Notes: generated from the sequence alone by a model not told the origin. A DNA stretch of 64,000 nt from Eledone cirrhosa (GCA_964016885.1 OZ024745.1:22134001-22198000), one strand, 5' to 3'. Positions 39,945 to 57,579 are shown, counted from the stretch's first letter. Numbers and translations are program-made.

Positions 39945-42900
39945 TGTAGGAGGTGCGTTTTATTGTAGTACAATAAAGCAATTCAGATATCGGATAAGAA
40001 GCACTCTACAGTTTGTGGGACTGGAGTATGCATAATATAAGATCAAAAGATGGTTAAAGGATTTCCATATATTTTATTATGCGCATTTCAAAAACAAACA
40101 TCATCAAGCAATAATATTTGTGTTTTCATCAGATAAAACAGGAGAACATGATATGAAGGCTAAAAATACACTTGTTGATAGTGCAGTTTTAAATCAACAT
40201 ATGAAAAGTGGTTTTAGATTGATGTGTGATATTGGGAAAAATATTTTATTTAGGGAGGGGGGGGGGGGAGGATGAAAAAAGGGGGGGAGGAGATGAGAGT
40301 GAAGGTGGAGAGGGAGAGATGGGTGATAGAGAGAAAGAGATAGTTTTTATAACTGAGAAAAAGATATATTGTTTTAATATAGAGAGGTTGGGAACAGTTG
40401 GGAGATAATGTATAAATTAAAGGAATTTGAAAATTAACGAAGGGAAATTATGTATGAAGATGGAGAGAAAAAAAATAATAATTGTGGGTGAATATTCTAA
40501 CGTCAAAAGAAGAAATGTATGTATTGTGGCAATTTCAAAATTAGCGAAGAGAAAAATTGTTAAGGTTTGTGTGTAGAAGGATTTGAGAAAAATAATGTGA
40601 AGTTAAAGTTTGTATATTGAATTGATATGTATTAATAATGAGTTCGTTGATGGGGAGAAAAAAATAATAATAAATTAAGGATGAAATTGAGATTAAAAAG
40701 ATTTATGATAGAGAGAAAAAATAATAATGATTGCGGATGAATATTCAAAATGTCAAAAACAAATGTTATTATTTTACGAGAAGATAGAATGAGGGTAATG
40801 AGTAAACGAGTATTATAGAGTGTATAATGCCCTTTAAAGTAAGGTAGATGGGTATATTTTAAAGAGGTGTATGTATATGTGCCTTTGAGAAAAGATTCTA
40901 AATTGATAAAGAATTGAATATTAACTGTAAAAGAGGTGTATGTATATGTGCCTTTGAGAAAAGATTCTAAATTGATAAAGAATTGAATATTAACTGTATA
41001 CTTTGTGAAAAGTTCTATGGAATTTATGCAGGCAGATAGAAAACAAATCTGAGCGTCTATTTATTATAGATTCTAGGTTAGAGATAATGGTAAATTTTTC
41101 ATTTAGGCAGAGATTACAGATTTTAGATAGAGAGCTGTTCAAGTATGAGGATGCAGAAGAAATCTTTTTCCAAAAGATGTTATATTTAATGTTTTTGTCT
41201 TTTAAGGACCATATGAGTTCTGAGAGAGCAGTGTTAGTTCTTTTAAGTTTGTATTTGAAAGATGAATGATGATTATAGAGACGAGCTTTAAAAGAGGTGG
41301 AAGTGGAGCCAAAATAGGTGAAGGAATTGGTGCTAGTTATAATTTTACATTCATAAATTAAGTTTTTATCGAGGCAATGGTTGTTGAGAGGACATTTATT
41401 TTTAATGCGGCAGTTGCAATTAGAGAGATTATTAATGAGTGATCTAGTGTTATCTATAGAAGGAATTGGATTGGAGAAGTTGTTTGCGATAGGAATAATA
41501 GGAATAATAGTTTCTTGATTTAGAGTTGGATTATGAACATTTAGCGAAGTTGTGTTTGACGTTGTATTTGGGTTTACAGAAGTTAGCCTAGGGTTTACAA
41601 TGACGTCGGGAGTACTATTACTGTTATTATGAAATTCAATATTGGAAGGAAGAGATTTAGTATTTAATATTTTGTTGTTGTGTTTAGAGATGATGTTGGA
41701 AATATTGGAGGATGTAGAATACGAAAATTTGATGGTGTGTTTGTTAAATATTTTACTATAGATATGTGAGGGAGGGAAGCATTTATTTAAGGCACTAAAA
41801 AATAATTTAGGAATATTGTTATTAATAGAGATGGAGAAAGGAGCATTATACCAGATTATGTTTTTGTATCTAGGTCTTTTATTAAAATTATTGGAATGGT
41901 CATGATTAATTATTCTACTGTAAGTTTTCCTAGAATTTGTTTCTTTATTATATTTGATTTTATCTGGATAGCCGGCTTTAGAAAGTGCGTTATTATAGTA
42001 ATTGGCGTTAGCATCAAAGATGTTTTTATTAGAAGATATGTTAGATATTCTATTTCCAATATTATTAACTATAGCATTCTTGATATTGGTAGGATGGTTA
42101 GATTTAAAGTTAACATAATTAAGATTCTCATTGTTTTTATGGTAAGGGTAATATAGGCTAATTTCTTGGATGTATCTCTTAATCTTGACACTGGCCTATA
42201 TTACCCTTACCATAAAAACAATGAGAATCTTAATTATGTTAACTTTAAATCTAACCATCCTACCAATATCAAGAATGCTATAGTTAATAATATTGGAAAT
42301 AGAATATCTAACATATCTTCTAATAAAAACATCTTTGATGCTAACGCCAATTACTATAATAACGTACTTTCTAAAGCCGGCTATCCAGATAAAATCAAAT
42401 ATAATAAAGAAACAAATTCTAGGAAAACTTACAGTAGAATAATTAATCATGACCATTCCAATAATTTTAATAAAAGACCTAGATACAAAAACATAATCTG
42501 GTATAATGCTCCTTTCTCCATCTCTATTAATAACAATATTCCTAAATTATTTTTTAGTGCCTTAAATAAATGCTTCCCTCCCTCACATATCTATAGTAAA
42601 ATATTTAACAAACACACCATCAAATTTTCGTATTCTACATCCTCCAATATTTCCAACATCATCTCTAAACACAACAACAAAATATTAAATACTAAATCTC
42701 TTCCTTCCAATATTGAATTTCATAATAACAGTAATAGTACTCCCGACGTCATTGTAAACCCTAGGCTAACTTCTGTAAACCCAAATACAACGTCAAACAC
42801 AACTTCGCTAAATGTTCATAATCCAACTCTAAATCAAGAAACTATTATTCCTATTATTCCTATCGCAAACAACTTCTCCAATCCAATTCCTTCTATAGAT

Positions 42901-44429
42901 AACACTAGATCACTCATTAATAATCTCTCTAATTGCAACTGCCGCATTAAAAATAAATGTCCTCTCAACAACCATTGCCTCGATAAAAACTTAATTTATG
43001 AATGTAAAATTATAACTAGCACCAATTCCTTCACCTATTTTGGCTCCACTTCCACCTCTTTTAAAGCTCGTCTCTATAATCATCATTCATCTTTCAAATA
43101 CAAACTTAAAAGAACTAACACTGCTCTCTCAGAACTCATATGGTCCTTAAAAGACAAAAACATTAAATATAACATCTTTTGGAAAAAGATTTCTTCTGCA
43201 TCCTCATACTTGAACAGCTCTCTATCTAAAATCTGTAATCTCTGCCTAAATGAAAAATTTACCATTATCTCTAACCTAGAATCTATAATAAATAGACGCT
43301 CAGATTTGTTTTCTATCTGCCTGCATAAATTCCATAGAACTTTTCACAAAGTATACAGTTAATATTCAATTCTTTATCAATTTAGAATCTTTTCTCAAAG
43401 GCACATATACATACACCTCTTTAAAATATACCCATCTACCTTACTTTAAAGGGCATTATACACTCTATAATACTCGTTTACTCATTACACTCATTCTATC
43501 TTCTCGTAAAATAATAACATTTGTTTTTGACATTTTGAATATTCATCCGCAATCATTATTATTTTTTCTCATAAATCTTTTTAATATCAATTTCATCCTT
43601 AATTTATTATTATTTTTTTCTCCCCATCAACGAACTCATTATTAATACATATCAATTCAATATACAAACTTTAACTTCACATTATTTTTCTCAAATCCTT
43701 CTACACACAAACCTTAACAATTTTTCTCTTCGCTAATTTTGAAATTGCCACAATACATACATTTCTTCTTTTGACGTTAGAATATTCACCCACAATTATT
43801 ATTTTTTTTCTCTCCATCTTCATACATAATTTCCCTTCGTTAATTTTCAAATTCCTTTAATTGATACATTATCTTCCAACGGTTCCCAACCTCTCTATAT
43901 TAAAACAATATATCTTTTTCTCAGTTATAAAAACTATCTCTTTCTCTCTATCACCCATCTCTCCCTCTCCACCTTCACTCTCATCTCCTCCCCCCTTTTT
44001 TTCATCCTCCCCCCCCTCCCTAAATAAAATATTTTTTCCTCGCACATATCCTCCCTTCGTTAATTTTCAAAATTTTTAATTTATACAGTATCTTCCAACG
44101 GTTTTCAACCCCTCTATGTAAAAAATATATCTCCTCTCAGTTATAAAAACTATCTCTTTCTCTCTATCACCCATCTCTCCCTCTCATCTCCTTCCCTTTT
44201 CATCCCCCCCCCTCTCTAAATAAAATATTTTTCCCAATATCACACATCAATCTAAAACCACTTTTCATATGTTGATTTAAAACTGCACTATCAACAAGTG
44301 TTTTTTTAGCCTTCATATCATGTTCTCCTGTTTTATCTGATGAAAACACAAATATTATTGCTTGATGATGTTTGTTTTTGAAATGCGCATAATAAAATAT
44401 ATGGAACTCCTTTAACCATCTTTTGATCT

Positions 44430-44438
<9 letters not shown>
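39945..44438. mobile_element. 4.5-kb palindromic PLE: two 5'-truncated copies joined head-to-head at about 42159-42193
   Basis: Arms near-identical in inverse orientation; HHRs at 40070-40140 (minus) and 44329-44399 (plus); (TA)n flanks. Confidence 0.95.
42166..43362 (+). CDS. 5'-truncated PLE ORF: end of RT/thumb, Asn-rich linker, Cys motif and GIY-YIG endonuclease (mirror copy about 40990-42158 on minus)
   Basis: FLDVSLNL, YVNFKSNHP, IIWYNAPFS, CNCRIKNKCPL, LIYEC..YFGST, FKAR, CNLCLNEK, CLH; no native start. Confidence 0.88.
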   Translation: MDVSLNLDTGLYYPYHKNNENLNYVNFKSNHPTNIKNAIVNNIGNRISNISSNKNIFDANANYYNNVLSKAGYPDKIKYNKETNSRKTYSRIINHDHSNNFNKRPRYKNIIWYNAPFSISINNNIPKLFFSALNKCFPPSHIYSKIFNKHTIKFSYSTSSNISNIISKHNNKILNTKSLPSNIEFHNNSNSTPDVIVNPRLTSVNPNTTSNTTSLNVHNPTLNQETIIPIIPIANNFSNPIPSIDNTRSLINNLSNCNCRIKNKCPLNNHCLDKNLIYECKIITSTNSFTYFGSTSTSFKARLYNHHSSFKYKLKRTNTALSELIWSLKDKNIKYNIFWKKISSASSYLNSSLSKICNLCLNEKFTIISNLESIINRRSDLFSICLHKFHRTFHKVYS

Positions 44439-44502
<64 letters not shown>

Positions 44503-44506
<4 letters not shown>

Positions 44507-45435
44507 TTGTAATATAATGAAACGGAGTTTCATTTCTCACTCTTAGTACGGCACTTACTTAAATGTAAGTATGTATGTATACGTACATACATATATGTAT
44601 ACAGACGTACAGTAGCATGCATATATATATATATATACATACAGGTACACATATATATATGTACGTATCAGTTTAGCGAACGTTTATTATAACGCCCGCT
44701 TTGTCCGTTTGTAAACAAGCGAACAGCCTGATTTATGCCATACGGTGTTAAGGCAACCACGTCAGCTTTTTGTTCAACACTGACACAGGAACGATGTACT
44801 AGTTTCAAGCTTGTTAGCTATCATCAGCACCGTATACCCTTCTGCCAGATAGTTGAACGTTCGAAAGTATATACTTTCCTTATGAAAATTAACGGCTGAG
44901 CAGCCTAACAGGACAAAGCGGGCGTTATAATAAACGTTCGCTAAACTGATACGTACATATATATATGTGTACCTGTATGTATATATATATATATATATGC
45001 ATGCTACTGTACGTCTGTATACATATATGTATTTACGTATACATACATACTTACATTTAAGTAAGTGCCGAAATAAGAATGAGAAATGAAATTTCGTTTC
45101 ATTATATTACAACTTATCGTTTTCGGTACGCCTGGCCGACTGAACTCACTCGATATGCAAATTAGGCTGCTCAGCCGTTAATTTTCATAAGGAAAGTATA
45201 TACTTTCGAACGTTCAACTATCTGGCAGAAGGGTATACGGTGCTGATGATAGCTAACAAGCTTGAAACTAGTACATCGTTCCTGTGTCAGTGTTGAACAA
45301 AAAGGTGACGTGGTTGCCTTAACACCGTATGGCATAAATCAGGCTGTTCGCTTGTTTACAAACGGACAAAGCGGGCGTTATAATAAATGTTCGCTAAACT
45401 GATACGTACATATATATATGTGTACCTGTATGTAT
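44503..45435. mobile_element. Retrozyme-like element: 453-nt monomer, about 0.9 copy (minus) plus about 1.15 permuted copies (plus)
   Basis: ggacaaagcgggcg at 44911 and 45364; HHRs 44791-44833 (minus) and 45237-45279 (plus). Confidence 0.88.
45237..45279 (+). ncRNA. Minimal type I hammerhead ribozyme
   Basis: acggtg-CTGATGA-tagc taacaa gctt-GAAA-ctag-TA-catcgt. Confidence 0.88.
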
Positions 45436-45444
45436 GTATATATA

Positions 45445-48212
45445 TATATATATATAATAAATGGGTACAAAATATACGCAAGTATACATACATAAATGCG
45501 GCTGAGGGACAACAGAAAATATCTGGAGTTAAAAACACAAGTGACATGTGATGTCTGGTAGTGAAAGAAAAGGGGAAAGTAAAATAAATGTAAATAATGT
45601 ATAATTGTTAAGATATAAAGTTAATGAATCAAATAGCGGGGGGGGGGGGGGGTCACTACTGGATGTAAAGTAAAAATAAAGATAAGTAAAGCTGAATGAG
45701 AAGTCTATAAAAAAGGTAAGTTAAGGAAAGTGAAGAACAAGAGTTTATGGAGGATAAGTGTCTGAAAGTGAGTTAAGTTTATATGAGCTGGAAAGCAAAT
45801 ATGATTTCATGAGTGGGCAACTGATGAACATTTCTGTTTTTGCATTTAGGCAGGTTTTTGGTGATTTAAGGTTCTGTAAAAACCAATATTTTTCACTTAT
45901 GCAGAGTGCGCATCTTCTTGTTCCTCTTGCGTATTCTTTAGAATGGTTCAAAATTGACCAATCTAATTTATATTGGATACCTTGGTCCTTCAAATCCCAA
46001 ATTCTGCTAGCCAGAGCTGTTGTAAATCTTTTTTCAGGATGTCAGAAAGATGCGACATGTAAGTAATAATGCATTTTGAATTTGTCTTGTGTCATACCCA
46101 CATATCGTTCGCTGGTGGCTGGTAGGTTGTTGCTTTGTTGCTGGTGGTTGTCACTTTGGCCTCATATACAATGGCTTTGGTGTTGCATTTACTTTGTAAT
46201 GAGCATTCACTTTTGACTCTACAGGAGCAATTTTGATATTCTCTGGGTGTTTTCTTATTAAGGATAGATTTAATAGAGGGACCGCAGGAGTAGTTGATTT
46301 TGACACAATTTCTATTGAAGATCTTATAGTATCTATGTGTTCTAGGGAAATGTTTATCTAAGAGCTCTGGGAATGTTTTGCCTACATTAGTTTTAACTGC
46401 TAAAGAGTAGGGGGTGTGAATCAGATTATTTTTCTTTTCCTATTATTATGTTTAAAGGAGTTAGTATTGTTGGACATGTACTTAATCGGTTCACTAAATC
46501 CACTATTTTGAAGGGCTTTATTATAGTAGGTGGATGCCTTATTGAAAATAGCTTCTGAGGAAGAGAGGGTGGAGATCCTACGGCTAATATTAGGGATGAG
46601 ATTTTTAAATAATATAGGAGGATGGCAAGAGCCTTTATTTATGTATTTTAAATTTTCATTAGGTTTATGGTACGGTTTATAAGAAGCAGTAGACAGATCT
46701 AGGTTTACATCTAGAAAATTAACATTAGAAAGGTTTCTGGCAATTGTAATTTTAAGATTAAAACTAGCGAAGGTTTTTATTAAGTCTTTCCTGAATCTGT
46801 CTATGTTATGGCCTATCGTAGTATGGGAAAGTATTAGACCATCGTCACGATAAAGCCCAATGGTATGGTTATGGAATTTCTCTTTAAGTGTGTAAAGGAG
46901 GAATAGGCCGACTAAATCGCACACGTCAGCACTGTCAAAAGAACCCATTGAGACATCGAAGGGGTTCTCTGGGTTAGATTTTATTTTACCCAAGTATCAT
47001 TATTAGTAAACAGTAAAGTATTTCTAGCATGCAAAATGACATTCTCTTCAATATCAGAAATATTAATAAACTTTTTAGCAAAATTTAATGCTTTTGTTAA
47101 AAGAAGGAGAGTAATAGACGGGTAGAAGTCTACAATGTCAAATTGGGTGAATCTAGAACTATTTTTATCTTTAATATTTTTAAACCAATGTACTACAGAA
47201 GAGCTATTTATCCATTGGAGTAATTCTGACTTACTTCTAATATGTTTGTTTATGTTATTTAATATTTTTTTGCTAGCAAGGCCGATTTCAGTCTTAGCAG
47301 GGTTGATTAATCTACAACTGGGACGATTATTAAAATCGATCTTTAAGAGTGATATAGGCATTACGTTTTGCAAATGTTTCTGTTCTATTGTCTATTTTAA
47401 AAAAAACTAGCTAATTCTTTGGCGTCCTTATTAATAGTATTATAGGGATTTATGTTAGCTCTTTGGTATTTAGAGGTGATGCTATCTGTATAGAGTTGGT
47501 CATGTAAGTTATTATTAACTTCGTATTATTAACTTCAGAGAAAATGAACTTATTTTTAGAAGATTTGAATTTTGAAATATCGTTAGAGGGTTTAGATTGA
47601 AAAGAGTTAAAGTACTTACGGAATTTGATTTGGTTAATTAAATTAACTAAGTCTAGTTCAAAAGCGGTCATGTCTTTTACCCTTTGTGGGTATTTATGAG
47701 ACTTGATGTCAAAGTATTCTGTAGAGTCCGTGATAAAGTGTCCGTCGAAAATCAAAGCTTTCCATCTCATCCTTTTTACAACTTTTTCTACTTTGTCGAT
47801 CAACATTTTAGTGTAGGAAGTGTTAGAAGGTGTTGGTATATTCTTGATGGAGTAATCCAAAAAATAACAATCCATGTTAGGTATTGGTTAAAATTCCTTT
47901 TAACTGAAGAGTGCTCGACTTTAAGGGCCTGGAAGGTGCCAGAATCATATAAATGTAGAATATGCTACAATCATTCCGTTGGGAGCTGTATAAGTATTGA
48001 AGTTTTCGTTGAAAATTGAAAAGGTCAGAGGAATGAAGAGTGCTATATGTAAGTTCCAGAACAGAGCTAAATATTTAATGTATAATAAACAATACAATAT
48101 AATTACCTCATTACCAAAGGTTTCCCGAATAATACGAATACAAGAAACGTCCGCATTCGTCCGTCAGACAAGGCAATTTAAAACATAGTGAAATATTTCA
48201 AAAATCATCTCA

Positions 48213-48213
<1 letters not shown>
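45445..48213 (-). mobile_element. Near full-length Penelope-like (Naiad-like) element with 5' HHR repeat; 3' UTR cut at (TA)n
   Basis: 5' HHR 48101-48177 homologous to the 3' HHR of the sister element (52606-52683); ORF pieces below. Confidence 0.92.
45745..47875 (-). pseudogene. Frameshifted PLE RT-GIY-YIG polyprotein gene
   Basis: YSIKNIPTPS, KRMRWKA, CRLINPAK, FDIVDFYPSI, FDVSMGS, LYRDDGL, CALCISEK spread over several frames. Confidence 0.92.
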
Positions 48214-48255
<42 letters not shown>

Positions 48256-48282
48256 TATAGATATATATATATATATATATAT

Positions 48283-50791
48283 AATATATTAACAAATATA
48301 AACTATATTTATAAAACCATATTTATTTCATTATACATATTTCAAGGGCCACCAAGGCAAACTATGGTGCGCTTTCATCAGATAAAATATAATATACGTT
48401 AGTTTTATAAATAAATATTGACATACCCTGAAAAAATGAAACCATTCTGGTTGGAATCTCCTGGATAGTGAAGTTATTAGATTTATTGTTGGTTTATTAT
48501 GCAAATTAATGACGGGAAGGTTTAAACAACAGTATATTTAAATTAAGCCGTTAGAATAAGGAAGAAAGAAAGAGAAAAAAACGAAAGAAAGAGAATAAAC
48601 CTGAGTATATTTAAGTGAGAGAGAATATTAGTTATAAGGATAGTAATAGCGTAATTTTGAGAGAAGAGGCGAAGAAATGAATATAGCGTGGATGAATACC
48701 GTAGCGTGGATAAATAATAATATCCGGATTCATTATAATGATAAGCTGAAGAATTTTATCTAATGTTTAATTAATAAATTTGATTAAATGTTTAATTAAT
48801 AATTTATCAATTCAATCCGTAGTTTAAATGTGTATGTTAGATTATTAAAAGTGAGACCTATATATTATTAAAGAATATATATTATTAAAATATATATTAT
48901 TAGAAAATATGTTATTATTACAAAACCATATATAATTTTATTAATTATTAATTAATTATTTAAAAGTTTAAAATATCCGAATATTTCTAAGCCTATGGAA
49001 ATTCCGAGAGTTTACAGAAGAATGATCCCTTATTTGTAATAGCAGTAGAGCGTAAAGGAAATTGCTAGTGATTTATTAATAATTTAGATAGCTCTAAGGA
49101 TTAAATACTATGAAGTTAAGATCTTAAAAAATTAAATTTTCCATCTTAATAATGTAATTAGAGTATGAATCTTATGTTATTTTATAGCAAGTTATAATTT
49201 CATAAATCTACCTGTTATACAGTTATGACTGTTAAAACATAAATTTCTTTGCTATAACGTCTTAACATTTAACATTTTTTCATAGGAATATATCTAAAGC
49301 ATAAACCATAAAAAACTCTTTCATAAGAGTATATCTATAGAATATATTTAAAGTATAAATTTTATATATATATATAAACATTTTTATATATATATATATA
49401 TTAAGCATTTGAAAAAGATAGAAATATAGAAATATTTAAAAAAATGAATTGTAATTTTTAAAAATATAAGAATATAGAAAATAAAATACACAGTATAAAA
49501 TATGAATTATGAATTATAATTTCCTTATACCCATCAGAGGAATTTTCAAAAAAATCCTTCTTCAAATCTTTCAGTACGTTTATCAAGAAAAGTTTTTCAA
49601 GAAAAAAATGTTTTCCAAGAAAACATTGTTCTTTTAAGAGAGTTATAAGCAGCCATATGAAGGAATCTAATGAATTATCGATAGGTTTAATAAAGAAGAG
49701 TTATGTATTACATTTTATATATATATATTTAAACGTTGAGTTCAATCTATGTTTGCAAGAACTGAAAAGATTATTCCTTAAATTAACAGAATTCTTACTT
49801 TTTAATATAAAGAATATTTCCTCTATACGAAGAGCACAATTTTCAGAAGAAGCATTGAATGGAGGAGCTTTGGAGATAATATTCCAAAGTAAAGAATAGA
49901 TAGTGTTCTTTGATTTTAGGTCCCATAGTAAATTAGATAGAGAAGTTGAAGATTTTTTATTTATATTCGTAAAAGAGCATTTATGGTTATTAAAACGGGA
50001 CTTAAAATCTGTGGAGGTAGAGCCTACGTAATTAAATGAATTTAAATTAGTTTTTACATTACAATTATATACTATATTTTTAACTAAACAATTGTTATTT
50101 AACGGACAGTTAGATTTATTTCGACAGTTACATTTATCAAAATTTAAGTTTCTAGGAGCCGTATTATTCAGTTGGATATTGCTGGGGTCATTAATGGTAT
50201 TCTGGTTAGGTTTTAAGTTTCTATTATTAATTCTATTAATATTCTGCGCTAAATTACTGGTGGTTGAATACGTTAATTTTATAGTATGTCTATTAAATAT
50301 TGAGTAATACCTATGTGTTCTAGGGAAGCATTTATCTAGAGCTTTAAAGAATAATTTAGCAATAGGAGTTTTAATACTTAATGAGAAAGGAGGAGCGAAC
50401 CATAATATATTCCTAGTTCTATTTCTTTTTTTGTTTTTCGAATTATTGTAAGGTTTTCTATTATAGTTGTTAAAATTATGGTTATTTGTCATATCATTAT
50501 TATCAATGTATTTAATTTTATTACTATATCCAGCTCTACCTAACGCTTCGTTATAATATTGCGCTTTATCTTCAAAAATATTCTTATTAGCTGAAATTCT
50601 AGAAATACGTTGCTGCACAGAGTTTACTATAGTGTTTTTAAGGGATCTGGGGGTGATTGGAATTAAAATTAACGTAGTTTAAGTTCTCGTTTATTTTGTG
50701 AAATGGATAATACAGACCATAGTTTGCCTTGGTGGCCCTTGAAATATGTATAATGAAATAAATATGGTTTTATAAATATAGTTTCCATTTG

Positions 50792-50797
<6 letters not shown>
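48283..50797 (-). mobile_element. 5'-truncated PLE with 3' HHR (48324-48389) and short inverted terminus (50715-50797)
   Basis: ORF 49701-50618, long AT-rich 3' UTR, inverted copy of 48283-48368. Confidence 0.9.
49701..50618 (-). pseudogene. Truncated PLE ORF (thumb, linker, GIY-YIG); homology continues to about 50720 past a frameshift
   Basis: ILWFAPPFS, CNCRNKSNCPL, IVYNC..YVGST, FKSRF, CKH. Confidence 0.88.
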
Positions 50798-51114
<317 letters not shown>

Positions 51115-51153
51115 AGCAGCGATTCTTTGCTTAAACTTTAATCTGTTATTTTA

Positions 51154-51199
<46 letters not shown>

Positions 51200-51228
51200 A
51201 ATACTTTCTATACCTTTCATTTATATAT

Positions 51229-51290
<62 letters not shown>

Positions 51291-51641
51291 AGATGATTTT
51301 TCAAGGCAATGTTAGCAACGCCAGAACTTGAACCACTAAACTACCCATAAACACAGAGAAACAACCCGTTCCTTTCTGGTGTTAACGTCAACTACACTAT
51401 GATAAGGCAACCAGAAACAAAAAGGAAGACTGAGAGGACGAAAGAAAAAGAATGTGTAACTGTTTCTGTATTGGAACACACTAACGAGATTTGCTCAATG
51501 ATGGTATGTGCCATCTGGATATCACGATTGCTATCTAATTCAGTTCTGCATCTGTGAAAATGTTCTACGTCATTCACTTTCACCGAACCATTACGTGCCA
51601 TATGCATATATACAAACATCCTTGTATACACACACATAGAG

Positions 51642-51743
<102 letters not shown>

Positions 51744-51810
51744 AATATATATATATATAAACATATACATATGTATATAAATATTTATATATATATATAT
51801 AAATATGTAT

Positions 51811-51843
<33 letters not shown>

Positions 51844-51863
51844 AATAAACATATACATATGTA

Positions 51864-51912
<49 letters not shown>

Positions 51913-51921
51913 ATATACATA

Positions 51922-51968
<47 letters not shown>

Positions 51969-52228
51969 TAGCAGTATGTTCATGCTTCTTAGATCTGGAA
52001 TGGGTGACATCTTGCAGTGAAGAAACGAGAAGGCAATTGCTTAATTAAAACTTCAATTTGTGACAAAATTGCGTATTAAGCGAGTCTAACCGTGTGAACG
52101 AATTAACGATTTTGTGTTTGAAATGATGCGAAGAGAGTCTGGTGGAAAATCGTCGTCAAAGTAGCTATGGATACAGGGGGGGTGGCGAAGAAATGTAGGA
52201 CAACGAATCATAATGATGTAAATGACTG

Positions 52229-52358
<130 letters not shown>

Positions 52359-52480
52359 GCCTCACGACTGAGCTCTTGCCCTTTCGATAGTAAATTCTAA
52401 ACTAGAGGGTTCTGCTGAGTATTGGTCTTTCTTGTTTAAAACTGTTATCATCCGTCTCTCTCTCTCCATCCCTCCCTCAC

Positions 52481-55722
<3,242 letters not shown>

Positions 55723-55784
55723 GTATATATATATATATATATATATGTAAATATATATATACATATTTATATTTATATATATTC

Positions 55785-55950
55785 CAACCCACCCGTCATC
55801 TCAATCTATCTTATTTCTCATTCTTTCTTCTGATGAAGGACTAGCGTCCGAAACGTTACGACGCTATCCTGCTATATCAAGCGTTAACCTAATATATCCC
55901 TTCCATATACTGTACCGATTGTGTTGTTATTTGTGTTTACCTTTTACACA
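55785..55950 (+). mobile_element. Short element with HHR core; related fold-back at 58630-58930
   Basis: CTGATGA-aggac tagc gtcc-GAAA-cgtt at 55830-55857; shared 3' end ccttccatatactgtacc..tttaccttttac. Confidence 0.6.
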
Positions 55951-55959
55951 CACACACGC

Positions 55960-56076
<117 letters not shown>

Positions 56077-56411
56077 TGAAAATGGTGAGCTGTGCTGTTG
56101 CAAATATGATCCCACACCGGACGAAATTCTTTCCTCGGTCACATTCGCAAGATGGTGTCTTTCGTCTTCTCGTCAATATTCGCAAGTTCTTCAAAATGAA
56201 TTATTGACTTGATTTTCTCATTTTTTCCTCTCTTTACGTTGCCTCACCATTCGTGTTTATTTACCCGTTTCTCTTTCTCCACCCAACTCTTTTTATCCCA
56301 ATAACTTATTTTAGTTATTGCATCGCCCTAGCCTGAGGTATATGGTCTGTAATGCGAAGAAATACCTATTATGGCTAGTAGACCACTGATGATGGATAGT
56401 CCTGGAGAGAG

Positions 56412-56460
<49 letters not shown>

Positions 56461-56699
56461 CTCATGGTTTAGTGTTTCTGAAGAAGACGGTCGATTGAAC
56501 AGGAATTTTGAGACTAGAAATAGGTAGTAGTGTAACCACGACCAGGCTCGTCGATATATCGATCTTCCATGATCACTCGACCCTCTGAAACGATTGTTAA
56601 ACAATGAACTATTTAACTACGTACGTCTAACTTCTGTATTTTTTCGTTGTTCTATGCACACACATATACATACACACACACATATATATAATATATTCT

Positions 56700-57000
56700 T
56701 AGAATATGTAGAATATTTACAATGCAGAAAATAACTGTGAATACAGTTGAAATAATAGGTTAGAAAAGCGGATAAAATACCCCTATTGACGGGAAAAAGT
56801 GGCTATTAGCAGCTACAGAAAATAACACTCCATACTTCTCAAATTCTGAAATTTTATAGGTATAGCTGTATAGATTTAGATTCTCTGTAGCAACTGCTGA
56901 CCACATTTTCCCCTCTATTTTATACGATAGTCTTAGCTGTTATTTCTAGCAGTCAATTGTGTACACAGTTTTTGTGGCCGAAATTTTCTATATTTTCTAT
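56700..57000. mobile_element. Old imperfect fold-back, MITE-like
   Basis: gggaaaaagtgg..gctacagaaaat / attctctgtagc..ccacattttccc; aactgtgaatacagttga / tcaattgtgtacacagtt. Confidence 0.45.
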
Positions 57001-57049
57001 GAATTTCATTTCACCCAACTCTCAGATTGTTTATTTACAAAGAGCAATA

Positions 57050-57195
57050 ATGGTTTCTGATTTAGACACAGTACATTACTGGTACTTTATTTTATCGTCC
57101 CTATAAGGATGCGAAGTTAACCTCGGCAGGATTTTAACTCAGAACGTAAAGGGCCCTAACTTTATGCCATAAAGCATGTTGTCCGACGCTCCACA
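57050..57195 (-). mobile_element. Degenerate S1 SINE
   Basis: ttactggtactttattttatcg..gttaacctcggcaggat. Confidence 0.7.
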
Positions 57196-57229
57196 GCCCA
57201 GCCAAAAGATTACTATCGATGGTACATTA

Positions 57230-57579
57230 GGAGGAGGAGGATGGTTGGAAGGTGAAGAGGGCTGGTGGAGGAGATTGGAAGAGAGGATGAGGAGGGGTTT
57301 AGATGTCGGAGGATGTTTGGAGGGGGATGACGGTGATGATAAATTTGAGGAGAGGTATGTTTTAAAGAAGAGGACGATGAAGATGATGGTGGTGGTAAAG
57401 TTGATGATTAAATATGGTTGCTTCGTTGGAGGCGGTGAAGGTGGTGAGGGTACAGATGGCGATGATGGTGATGATGATGATAGTTATAATGATGATGATG
57501 ATGATGATGATGATGATAATGACGTACTTGATAAGGATGAGAATGATAATAATTGAGGACAGTATTATAATTAATTAAT

